The notes beneath the pieces are model-generated. The model worked only from the letters and a program-made list of their open reading frames with translations. It had not been told where the DNA came from and did no database searches. From positions 5,889-69,888 of the forward strand of contig JASFKW010000003.1 of the NCBI GenBank assembly GCA_050118435.1: a DNA stretch of 64,000 nt, in the 5' to 3' direction. A program made the translations under genes and the position numbers. This document shows, in pieces, positions 20,930-29,279 of the stretch (its first letter is position 1; each line of letters opens with the position of its first letter). The DNA is from Gammaproteobacteria bacterium (GTDB taxonomy: Bacteria; Pseudomonadota; Gammaproteobacteria; DSM-19610).

Positions 20930-21382
20930 TCAGGGGCGGGCGTGCTCGGAGAGAAAGCGGTCCAGCTGGTTGGCGAATGCATGGCGGTCCTTCTGGCTCA
21001 GCGACGCCGGACCGCCGGTCTGGATACCGCTGCCGCGCAGCTCCTCCATGAAATTGCGCATTGTCAGGCGCTGGCCGATATTGTCCTGCGTGTAGCGCTC
21101 GCCGCGCGTATCGAGCGCGTGGCAGCCTTTTCCGATCACCTCGGCGGCGAGGGGAATGTCGGCGGTGACGACAAGATCGCCTGCAGACGCCGCCTGCGCG
21201 ATATACTTGTCCGCCACGTCGAAGCCCCCGGCCACCTGAACCGAGCTGATGAATCGCGACGCAGGCGTGTGCAGCGCGTGGTTGGCGACCAGCGTGAGCG
21301 GAACGCCCACGCGTTCAGCTGCGCGATACAGGATCTCCTTGATGACCCGGGGACAGGCGTCTGCGTCGACCCAGATCTTCAT
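20930..21382 (-). CDS. yaiI: YaiI/YqxD-family protein (UPF0178)
   Basis: 150 aa. N-terminus [24 protein letters not shown]. Confidence 0.75.
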   Translation of the reverse strand: MKIWVDADACPRVIKEILYRAAERVGVPLTLVANHALHTPASRFISSVQVAGGFDVADKYIAQAASAGDLVVTADIPLAAEVIGKGCHALDTRGERYTQDNIGQRLTMRNFMEELRGSGIQTGGPASLSQKDRHAFANQLDRFLSEHARP

Positions 21383-21518
21383 GGAGCGGGGATCCCGATG
21401 TGCGGACGACGGGACGGGACGGCTGAGCCGGTACGGCCGACCGATTCGATGACGACAAACAGGGTGGCTTCCGACGTGGACTGACTGGAAAGCATGAGCA
21501 GACGGGGCAGGGCGGAGG

Positions 21519-22160
21519 TCAGTCCACGACAGTCCAGCGAAAAGCGCCTGTCAGATCGCTGGCTATCTCGATACTGTCACCGACATGGAGCGGGCCGACC
21601 CCCTCGGGCGTACCCGTATAAATCAGGTCGCCGGCCCTGAGCGTCCATATGCGGCTCAGCTCGACCAGCAGGCGGTCCACCGGAAAAATCATGTCGCGCG
21701 TGTTGCCGGCCTGTCTGGGCTCGTCATTGACGGTGCAGTGAAACGCAAACTCCTGGAGATCAACCGACGCGTCACAGGCGACAAATGTCCCGATCGGCGC
21801 GCTCTGCTCGAAGGCCTTGGCCGCTTCCCAGGGCAATCCCTGGCGCTTCAGGTCCTGCTGCACATCCCTCAGCGTCAGATCGAGGCCCAGCGTGACCGCG
21901 TCCACGAAGTCGGGGGCTCGCTCCGGCTCGGTCACACTGCCGGCGCGACCGATGCGCACCACCAGCTCCGTCTCGTGATGCAGCTCGCGGCCGTGTCGGG
22001 GAAAATGAATCGGCTCACCGGGGACGACCAGGCAGCTGTGCGGCTTCATGAACACGACCGGGCCCCTGGGGAGGGGATTGTCGAGCTCCCGGGCGTGCCG
22101 GACATAATTGCGGCCGATGCAGAAAATGCGTCCGGCGCCCGGCCGGTGCTCGTGCCCCAC
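21519..22160 (-). CDS. fumarylacetoacetate hydrolase (FAH) family protein
   Basis: Motifs [38 protein letters not shown]. The track ORF extends to 22568 but overlaps the upstream gene. Start is uncertain: GTG 22160, TTG 22196 or ATG 22298. Confidence 0.7.
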   Translation of the reverse strand: MGHEHRPGAGRIFCIGRNYVRHARELDNPLPRGPVVFMKPHSCLVVPGEPIHFPRHGRELHHETELVVRIGRAGSVTEPERAPDFVDAVTLGLDLTLRDVQQDLKRQGLPWEAAKAFEQSAPIGTFVACDASVDLQEFAFHCTVNDEPRQAGNTRDMIFPVDRLLVELSRIWTLRAGDLIYTGTPEGVGPLHVGDSIEIASDLTGAFRWTVVD

Positions 22161-22260
22161 AGCAGCCTTGTCCCTCTGGTCAGCGGCCGTCTTCAAGACA
22201 GCTGGCGGAGCGGGGCCCACAGCATCCCTTGGCTGGCCGCCAGGGCAGGGGGCCGCGGCC

Positions 22261-23067
22261 TCATGGTGCCGCCGCCCCCCGGCCGGGCCGGGTCCCATTG
22301 AGCGGCTCCTGGTAGAAATCATATTCCCGGAACCGGTCCATCGTCCCGTCGGCGTCGGCATCGTAGCGGGAGGACACACGTTTTCCCAGCGCGTACCGCT
22401 CGGTTTTCCGCACCAGGCCGGTCTCAGGGTTAAGTATCTCGGTGGCGCTGAGCACGCCGTCGCTGAACCGTGAACGAAAGTCGATCTTTCCGTCGCCGTC
22501 CACATCCGCCTCTCGAAGCTGCAAATTGCCCTCGCGGTAGTACCCGCGTGTCTCGTAGTCCCCGTCAAAGTCCTCGTCCGAGTCGGTTCTGTACAGCAGG
22601 CCGTGGCGATCGAAGTGGTGGATCAGATCGGTCCGGCCGTCGCGATTGCGGTCGACCTCCGTCTTTGCCAGGCGCTCGTCGACAAAAAAGCGCGTCTCGT
22701 CCGGCACACCGTCACGGTCGTGATCGATGGCATCCTCGGTGTGCGGAGCGTTGTAAAGCCAGTACACGCCGGCTGCGCCCGCGAAGGCCCCGAGCAGAAA
22801 TCCCAGCACCGGGCGGGTCGATTTCGGCTGCTGCACGCCGCGCCGCTCCGGCTTGGGTTGCCTGGCTTCCCACTCGGCCAGGATCGAACGGGCGGCCTCG
22901 TAGTCGCTGTCATCGACCATCACCCGGACGAGATTCAGGGCCTGAAGCTCACCCAGGCCGCCCTGCAGGTATTCGCCCTCCACGCGGCCCTCGATCCCCG
23001 CCTGCTGCAGCAGATTGAGAATCATGTGTGCTTCCAGACCGGTGGATGCCTCGAATACGGATTTCAT
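22261..23067 (-). CDS. membrane protein with an N-terminal DUF2007-like domain and C-terminal DxDxDG calcium-binding-type repeats
   Basis: 268 aa. N-terminus MKSVFEASTGLEAHMILNLLQQAGIEGRV...VMVDDSDYEAARSIL, one TM segment (VLGFLLGAFAGAAGVYWLY), then DHDRDGVPD, DRNRDGRTD, DVDGDGKID, DADADGTMD. Confidence 0.6.
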   Translation of the reverse strand: MKSVFEASTGLEAHMILNLLQQAGIEGRVEGEYLQGGLGELQALNLVRVMVDDSDYEAARSILAEWEARQPKPERRGVQQPKSTRPVLGFLLGAFAGAAGVYWLYNAPHTEDAIDHDRDGVPDETRFFVDERLAKTEVDRNRDGRTDLIHHFDRHGLLYRTDSDEDFDGDYETRGYYREGNLQLREADVDGDGKIDFRSRFSDGVLSATEILNPETGLVRKTERYALGKRVSSRYDADADGTMDRFREYDFYQEPLNGTRPGRGAAAP

Positions 23068-23112
23068 GGGACTCGGGTCGGACGGGCGATAGTGCAGGCC
23101 GAGGTCAGCAGT

Positions 23113-23149
23113 CTAGTACTCTTGCAATATGATATACGAAGAGTACTAG
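23113..23149. repeat. perfect 11-bp-stem palindrome; carries a 23-nt motif shared with the yidC-mnmE spacer
   Basis: CTAGTACTCTT-N15-AAGAGTACTAG. Positions 23113..23135 match 48534..48556 at 22 of 23 positions. Confidence 0.6.
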
Positions 23150-23412
23150 GGCCTGTTAACACTTACCCGATCGCCGCGACGGCGGCCATTTTGCTGCAAG
23201 GCAAGGCGCCGCGAGCGCCGTGTAGTCCGTCTACACAAGCGAGCGGCAACGCCGCATTGCGGGAAACTGGCCCCGTCCCTTCGGGTTGCGCCCCAAATGC
23301 GCTCAGGCCGCGTTGCTCGTCGTTCATTTGGAATCACCAAATTTCACTCCTCCCGCCTTGCCTGAGCGCATTTGGGGCAGCAACGCGGCGATCGGGTAAG
23401 TGTTAACAGGTC
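23150..23412. mobile_element. MITE-like non-autonomous element (29-bp TIRs, CTAG target-site duplication)
   Basis: TIR GGCCTGTTAACACTTACCCGATCGCCGCG against its inverted copy, with one mismatch (27 bp perfect: 23152..23178 vs 23384..23410). Direct CTAG at 23146..23149 and 23413..23416. No credible ORF. Nested internal inverted repeats. Confidence 0.6.
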
Positions 23413-24270
23413 CTAGGAAGCGTTCATGAGCTTGGCGCGGACCAGGGCGACATCGATCGCCTCCTGATCGATGATTTCCGGGATCAGCGGATAAACCGTC
23501 AGCAGGCACTGCGGCCGCCGGCAGGCCGCCCGCTCCAGTCGCACCCGCGTGACTCTGCTAAGGTTCTGGTGAGCGAGCAGCCAGGCGGCGTACCAGCTGT
23601 GGTAGTCGTCCACCAGAGCGCGCTGCTCCTCATCGTCCCATTCGGTGCTTATCAGCAGTTCCGGAAAGTCCTCCCTCGGCAGTCGGCGTCCCGGTTCGCC
23701 GTCTTCTAGACGCAGACCCTCGCGGCCGGTACCGCTGCCGTCGTCGTTGCGCTCGAACCACTGGGCCGCAGGCATCGGCCGCGAGGCCACGTTCACCTGG
23801 CGTTCAAGCTGGTCGCGGTGTGGCGTGGGCCAGCCGCGCTGCGGTTGCCGCTTCTCTTTTTCCTGCAGGGTAGGGGAGACGAAGTCGGTGTCGGCCATCA
23901 GGAAAGGGCGCCAGTGGGGGTCGCTCACTTGCTCCATTTCTCTGGCCTTGTACCGAGTCCGCAACAGTGCGAGCGGCTTGCGGGTCTTCTTGTTGAGCAG
24001 CCACAGCTCGTAACGGTCGCGGATGGGGAAGGGGACAGGTGGCCGTCGCTGCAGGGCCTCCACCAGAGTGTCGGCATTGACGATGCGCACCCGGTCGACG
24101 TTTTCGTCGCTGATCTGGGTCACACCCCAGCGGAAGTGCCCCGAGGCCGTCTGCTGGCGTACGCGCCAGGTGTGACCATTGGTCGAGTAGGCGCAGGCGT
24201 CGCCCACATCGATCACCTGGATAACGCCGAGGTACGGGCCGAGGCGCCTGACACCATAATAGGGATTCAT
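23413..24270 (-). CDS. hypothetical protein, 285 aa (no family recognised)
   Basis: ATG start overlapping the upstream 60-aa ORF stop (ATGA). Long open frame in the genomic GC context. The stop TAG lies within the MITE target duplication. Confidence 0.6.
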   Translation of the reverse strand: MNPYYGVRRLGPYLGVIQVIDVGDACAYSTNGHTWRVRQQTASGHFRWGVTQISDENVDRVRIVNADTLVEALQRRPPVPFPIRDRYELWLLNKKTRKPLALLRTRYKAREMEQVSDPHWRPFLMADTDFVSPTLQEKEKRQPQRGWPTPHRDQLERQVNVASRPMPAAQWFERNDDGSGTGREGLRLEDGEPGRRLPREDFPELLISTEWDDEEQRALVDDYHSWYAAWLLAHQNLSRVTRVRLERAACRRPQCLLTVYPLIPEIIDQEAIDVALVRAKLMNAS

Positions 24271-24449
24271 TGTGCCTCGCGCAGCCTCTCGAGCCGGGAC
24301 GTCAGCTGTCCGATCATGCGCTCCGCGATATCCCGGTCAATGTCGTCGAGCGCGTCATACAGGAGCTCGAGCTCGTCGAGGGCCTCGTGCAGCTCGGCCT
24401 CACTGGCCCTGTCCAGATTCTTGATGATGTCGTAAATCCAGGGATTCAT
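24267..24449 (-). CDS. hypothetical small acidic helical protein, 60 aa
   Basis: MNPWIYDIIKNLDRASEAELHEALDELELLYDALDDIDRDIAERMIGQLTSRLERLREAQ. Translationally coupled (ATGA) to the 285-aa gene. Confidence 0.45.
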   Translation of the reverse strand: MNPWIYDIIKNLDRASEAELHEALDELELLYDALDDIDRDIAERMIGQLTSRLERLREAQ

Positions 24450-24631
24450 TGACGTGCTGAGGCCACCGCGATCCTGATGTTACGCTGAGTATAACGACAA
24501 TCGACGGGGCGCGTGAACACGGATGCGCCTGCCTCCGCCAGCCGGGGAGGGGGGTAGAGCGCGGGTTATTCGATCGGGGCGTCGGGTCCCCCTCAGCATC
24601 GGGGAGCTCGATCCTCAGGGGACCCGGAGGG

Positions 24632-24910
24632 TCACTTGGCGAGGCTGCCGGCCTGAATGATTTTCCTGTTGGCAGCCGCCTGCAGATTGGCGATCTTGGG
24701 TTTGGTACCATCCAGGTAGTCGGCGAGGCTCACGGTGGGCACTTTGCGCTTGTCGACCAGGGGGTACATGGTGCATTTCTCGCACGCGCGCAGCATCGGC
24801 TGAGCCCCGGCGGGCGCTTTACCAGCCGGCCGCTTGCGCAGGTTGGTGCAGTTTTCGGTACGCATATAGGCCTGCTGGGGGATGCAGTAGAACATCAGAT
24901 CCTTACTCAC
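24632..24910 (-). CDS. hypothetical 92-aa protein with four cysteines (possible zinc-ribbon)
   Basis: GTG start at 24910 with GAGGAG 7 nt upstream. Cysteine pattern C9...C21...C43-x2-C46. Basic C-terminal half. Confidence 0.5.
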   Translation of the reverse strand: MSKDLMFYCIPQQAYMRTENCTNLRKRPAGKAPAGAQPMLRACEKCTMYPLVDKRKVPTVSLADYLDGTKPKIANLQAAANRKIIQAGSLAK

Positions 24911-25090
24911 CGACGGCTCCTCTGGGTTATGTGGACTGGATTGTTAAGCGTGAAAGTGTACCATTTTCGCTACAGCTGTTCCATGTTCCCTGCTTTTCAA
25001 GTGGATATGCAGCCCCCCGCGGAGATGGGCGGATACCCTCGCGCCGACAGACCCGAAGCGAGACCCTGAGCGCACCCGAGCGAAACCAGC

Positions 25091-25288
25091 GTGACAAAGA
25101 AAATGTTCGTCTACCTTGTCGCCCTCACCGGTCTGCTGACCTACGTGCTGTACCGGTATCACGAGGCCGAGCCCCCGGATCAAGAGCAGATCGAGCGCTG
25201 TAACGAGATCGCCAATCAGATGCCCCAGAACACCCAGGAGGAGATCAACCGGAGCATCAATACCTTCCTCGATTGCCTCGCTGATTGA
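25091..25288 (+). CDS. possible small membrane-anchored protein, 65 aa
   Basis: GTG 25091 (or ATG 25103). One hydrophobic helix FVYLVALTGLLTYVLY, then a polar tail with 2 Cys. Weak RBS. Ends 23 nt from the glmS stop. Confidence 0.3.
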   Translation: MTKKMFVYLVALTGLLTYVLYRYHEAEPPDQEQIERCNEIANQMPQNTQEEINRSINTFLDCLAD

Positions 25289-25311
25289 GCACCGCGGGCC
25301 GACCGCGCCCG

Positions 25312-27147
25312 CTACTCAACGGTGACGGACTTGGCCAGATTACGCGGCTGGTCCACGTCGGTGCCCTTGAGCACCGCCACGTGGTAGGCGAGCAGCTGGA
25401 GCGGAACGGTGAATACGATGGGGGCCACGCAGTCATCGGTGGGCGCAACCGGGAGCACGGTGGTGCCGGTACCGTCCGAAACCATGCCCGTGTGCTCATC
25501 GGCAAACACCAGCATTTCGCCCCCGCGCGCGCTGACTTCCCGGAGATTGGATTTGAGCTTCTCCAGCAGCACGTTGTTCGGCGCCACGGCTACCACGGGC
25601 ATGGCCGCGTCGACCAGCGCCAGCGGTCCGTGCTTGAGCTCACCGGCGGGATAGGCCTCGGCGTGGATGTAGGAGATTTCCTTGAGCTTCAGCGCGCCTT
25701 CCATGGCCACGGGGTACTGGGCGCCGCGCCCCAGGAAAAGCGCGTGCCGTTTGTCTGCAAATCGCTCTGAAAGGCGTCGGATGCTCTCATCGAGCTGCAG
25801 CACCTCCTCGATCTCCTGGGGCAGATGCCGCAGCTGCCCGACCAGCTGGCGCTCGGTTTCCTGGCTCAGGGAAAAGCGCCGTCCCAGAACGACCGTGAGC
25901 AGCATCAGGGCGACCAGCTGGGTGGTGAACGCCTTGGTGGAGGCGACGCCGATTTCGGGACCGGCGCGGGTCATCAGCACCAGGTCCGACTCGCGGGTCA
26001 GCGAGCTCTCGGGCACGTTGCAGATAGCCAGTGACCGACCGAAACCGAGGCGTTTGGCTTCCTGCAGCGCTGCCAGCGTGTCGGCGGTTTCGCCCGACTG
26101 GGAGATGGTCACGATCAGGGAGCTCGGTCGCACCACCGGTCGGCGGTAACGGAATTCGCTGGCCACCTCGACGGAGCAGGGGACGCCCGCCAGCGACTCC
26201 AGCCAGTGACGCGCCACCAGACCGGCGTGAAAGCTGGTGCCACAGGCGATGATGTGCACCCCCTTCACCCTGTCGAAGACCTCGGCGGCGCCGGGCCCGA
26301 AGGCGGCTTCGAGCACCCGATCCTGGTACAGGCGGCCTTCCAGCGTGTCGGCGACGGCGCGGGGTTGCTCGTAGATCTCCTTGAGCATGTAGTGGCGGTA
26401 TTCGCCGCGCTCCACCGCGTCTGCCGACAGCTCGGAGCGGGTTTCCGGACGCTGCACGCGCTCGCCCCGCGCGTCATAGATCACCATGCCGTCGGCGGTC
26501 AGATCGGCCATGTCCCCGTCGTGCAGGAACACGAAGCGCTGGGTGACCGGCAGGAGCGCGGCAACATCCGAGGCGATGAAATACTCGCCGATGCCGATGC
26601 CGATCACCAGCGGGCTGCCGCGCCGGGCCGCGATGAGGCGCTCCGGCTCGGACGGGCTCACCACGCCCAGGGCATAGGCACCTTCCAGAGTCCGGCAGGC
26701 GCGGTTCACGGCCTGGAGCAGGTCGGCGCCCGCGTCGAGGTAGTGATAGACCTGGTGAGCGATGACCTCGGTGTCGGTTTCCGAGGTGAAGCGGTAGCCG
26801 TATTCCGTCTGAGCGTCGCGCAGCGCCTGGTGATTTTCGATGATGCCGTTGTGAACCACGGCCACCCGGTTGCCGCAGAGGTGCGGGTGGGCGTTGGATT
26901 CACTGGGGCGGCCGTGCGTCGCCCAGCGGGTGTGCGCGATACCGACCAGGCCGGACAGCGGGTGGTGGTCCAGGGCACGGGCGAGCTCTTCGACCTTGCC
27001 CGTGGTTCTCAGGCGCTCGAGCCCGCCGTCGGCACTGAGCACCGCCATGCCGGCAGAGTCATAGCCCCGGTACTCGAGTCGCCGGAGGCCTTCCAGAAGA
27101 ATCGCCGCGACGTCACGCCGGGCGACGGCCCCTACAATTCCGCACAT
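25312..27147 (-). CDS. glmS: glutamine--fructose-6-phosphate aminotransferase
   Basis: Trimmed to ATG 27147 (MCGIVGAV, catalytic Cys2). Two SIS domains. C-terminus ...RNLAKSVTVE. Confidence 0.95.
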   Translation of the reverse strand: MCGIVGAVARRDVAAILLEGLRRLEYRGYDSAGMAVLSADGGLERLRTTGKVEELARALDHHPLSGLVGIAHTRWATHGRPSESNAHPHLCGNRVAVVHNGIIENHQALRDAQTEYGYRFTSETDTEVIAHQVYHYLDAGADLLQAVNRACRTLEGAYALGVVSPSEPERLIAARRGSPLVIGIGIGEYFIASDVAALLPVTQRFVFLHDGDMADLTADGMVIYDARGERVQRPETRSELSADAVERGEYRHYMLKEIYEQPRAVADTLEGRLYQDRVLEAAFGPGAAEVFDRVKGVHIIACGTSFHAGLVARHWLESLAGVPCSVEVASEFRYRRPVVRPSSLIVTISQSGETADTLAALQEAKRLGFGRSLAICNVPESSLTRESDLVLMTRAGPEIGVASTKAFTTQLVALMLLTVVLGRRFSLSQETERQLVGQLRHLPQEIEEVLQLDESIRRLSERFADKRHALFLGRGAQYPVAMEGALKLKEISYIHAEAYPAGELKHGPLALVDAAMPVVAVAPNNVLLEKLKSNLREVSARGGEMLVFADEHTGMVSDGTGTTVLPVAPTDDCVAPIVFTVPLQLLAYHVAVLKGTDVDQPRNLAKSVTVE

Positions 27148-27219
27148 GAGCGCTCCCCCCGATCCAGTCTCAAGACATGTATCCCCCAGCGGCCACACCC
27201 CCGCCCGGCCGAGCCGACA

Positions 27220-28587
27220 CTACTCGCCCTTCTTCACGGGGCGTTTCCAGCCCGTCCGGGTCCGCTGCGGACAGCGGCTCAGGGTGAGCTCACCGGGCGG
27301 GACCTCGCGGGTGATGGTCGACCCGGCGCCGATGGTGGCGCCGTCACCAACCTTCATCGGCGCGATCAGCTGGGTATCGGAACCGATAAAGACGTCGTTA
27401 CCGATCTCCGTCTGGTGCTTGCTGGCCCCGTCATAGTTGCACACAATGGTGCCGGCCCCAACGTTGACACCCGACCCCATGCGAGTGTCGCCGATGTAGC
27501 TGAGGTGGTTGACCTTGGAGCCGGCTGCGATGTGCGATTTTTTGATTTCGACGAAGTTTCCGATATGCACCCGCTCGGCGAGCTCCGTCTGGGGCCGGAT
27601 GCGGGCGAAGGGGCCGACGCGCGCGCCGCCACCGATGCTGCAGTCCTCGATGACGCAGTTGGCCAGGATCTCGACGTCGTCGGCCACGGTGGCATCGCGG
27701 ATCACGCAGTTGGGTCCCACCTTCACGCGCTCGCCGAGCGTGACCCGACCCTCGAAGACCACGTTGACGTCGACGCTGCAGTCCGCGCCGGCGTGCAGCT
27801 CCCCGCGCACGTCCAGACGGGCCGGGTCGGCGAGCGTCACGCCGTTGCGCATCAGGCGCTCGGCCGCGCCGCGCTGGTAAATGCGCTCGAGCCGGGACAG
27901 CTGGACCCGGTCATTGACGCCCAGGATCTCGGAGTCATTGTCGGCGCTCACGGTTTCCACGGCGACGCCCTCGGCGGCGGCGAGCCCGATCACGTCGGTG
28001 AGATAGTATTCGCCCTGCGCGTTGTCGTTGTCGAGCCGCGACAGCCAGGTGCGCAGACGCCCTGCCGGTGCGGCGAGAAAACCGGTGTTGATCTCACAGA
28101 TCGCACGCTGCGCCGCAGTGGCATCCTTCTGCTCGACAATACCGGTCAGACGCCCCTCGCCATCGCGAAGCATACGGCCGTAGCCGTCGGGCTCGTCGAG
28201 CACTGCAGTCAGCACCGCCAGGGCACCACGCTGCGCCTTCTGCACCAGCGGCGACAGGGTGGCGGCACGGATCAGGGGTACGTCCCCGTACAGAACCAGC
28301 AGGGTTTCCGCATCGGCGATCGCGGGCATGACCTGCTCGACCGCGTGCCCGGTGCCCAGCTGCTGCTCCTGCAACACCCAGTTGACCGCCTCGCCGGCGA
28401 GCGCCTCACGAACCTGCTCGGCGCCGTGGCCGTAAACCACGTGAATGCCGGACGGCTGCAGCTCCCTGGCGGTGCGAATCACGTGCTGGAGGAGGGGGAC
28501 ACCGCCGAGCTCGTGCAACACTTTCGGCCGCTCGGAGTGCATTCGGGTGCCCTGGCCCGCGGCCAGAATCACGACGCTGATACTCAT
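27220..28587 (-). CDS. glmU: bifunctional UDP-N-acetylglucosamine pyrophosphorylase / GlcN-1-P acetyltransferase
   Basis: ATG 28587 (MSISVVILAAGQGTRM). C-terminal left-handed beta-helix hexapeptide repeats. Confidence 0.95.
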   Translation of the reverse strand: MSISVVILAAGQGTRMHSERPKVLHELGGVPLLQHVIRTARELQPSGIHVVYGHGAEQVREALAGEAVNWVLQEQQLGTGHAVEQVMPAIADAETLLVLYGDVPLIRAATLSPLVQKAQRGALAVLTAVLDEPDGYGRMLRDGEGRLTGIVEQKDATAAQRAICEINTGFLAAPAGRLRTWLSRLDNDNAQGEYYLTDVIGLAAAEGVAVETVSADNDSEILGVNDRVQLSRLERIYQRGAAERLMRNGVTLADPARLDVRGELHAGADCSVDVNVVFEGRVTLGERVKVGPNCVIRDATVADDVEILANCVIEDCSIGGGARVGPFARIRPQTELAERVHIGNFVEIKKSHIAAGSKVNHLSYIGDTRMGSGVNVGAGTIVCNYDGASKHQTEIGNDVFIGSDTQLIAPMKVGDGATIGAGSTITREVPPGELTLSRCPQRTRTGWKRPVKKGE

Positions 28588-28735
28588 CACGGGTGCTGCT
28601 CGAAACGTGTCAGGGGCGCTGTAAAACTGGGCTCATGGCCCCATGATAAAGCAGCCGGCGGCAAAAAACACAGGCGCGCGTCACGCATCGCGGACGGAAT
28701 GCCGGGGCGAGCCGGAAACGGCTCAGGGGCTGGTG

Positions 28736-29215
28736 CTAGTGCGTGATCGGCGTGGAGACGCCCTGCCGCTTCTCCTGTTCCGAGGCGTCCCTGATATCGA
28801 GCACCGTGACCGCGTAGGTGAGGGTCTTGCCTGCGAAGGGATGGTTGCCGTCGACGGTCACCTTGCCGTCTTCGATTTTTGACACGAAGAAGGATCGGAC
28901 TTCACCCCGCTCGTTCTGCATCTGCACTTCCGCGCCGACCCGCCGGAACTGGGGTGGGACATTGTCGATGTCATCGGTGTACGTGAGGTTCGGATCGTGA
29001 TACCCGAAGGCCTTTTCCGGTGCCAGCACCACCTCGACAGAGTCTCCGACAGCGCAGCCGGCGAGCGCGGCCTCGACTTCCGGGAACATCTGGTTGGGAC
29101 CGCCGTGCACATAGTACAGGGGCAGATCCGACTGCTCGAGAATCGCGCCTGACGCGTCGATGATGGCATAGCTGATGCCCACCACCTTGTCCTTGTCGAC
29201 CACCTCGTCGGTCAT
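28736..29215 (-). CDS. FKBP-type peptidyl-prolyl isomerase (SlyD/FkpB-like)
   Basis: Trimmed to ATG 29215 (MTDEVVDKDKVVGISY). Motifs AFGYHDP and VTVDGNHPFAGKTL. Confidence 0.8.
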   Translation of the reverse strand: MTDEVVDKDKVVGISYAIIDASGAILEQSDLPLYYVHGGPNQMFPEVEAALAGCAVGDSVEVVLAPEKAFGYHDPNLTYTDDIDNVPPQFRRVGAEVQMQNERGEVRSFFVSKIEDGKVTVDGNHPFAGKTLTYAVTVLDIRDASEQEKRQGVSTPITH

Positions 29216-29279
29216 TCTGTCTGTCCGGGTATCCCTGATTGAACGGCCACCGACGGCGGTCGAAGCAGCAGGCACTGCA

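Noticed and set aside
23150-23412. I considered that the nested inverted repeats might be a retron msr/msd, a CRISPR-like array, a riboswitch or an omega/bridge-type guide RNA.
   Set aside because: No reverse transcriptase, cas, TnpB/IscB or IS110 gene is adjacent. The repeats are inverted rather than direct-spaced. TIRs plus the CTAG duplication are better explained by a MITE.
24948-24963. A sigma-54-like TGGTAC-N-...-GC element upstream of the 92-aa gene (minus strand TGGTACACTTTCACGC).
   Set aside because: The GG to GC spacing is 11 rather than 10, and the -12 region lacks TTGC. No enhancer-binding protein gene is nearby.
25200-25330. I searched the glmS 3' flank for Tn7 ends and tnsABCD genes.
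   Set aside because: No repeated 22-bp TnsB-type sites, no duplication and no transposition genes occur within the following 3 kb.
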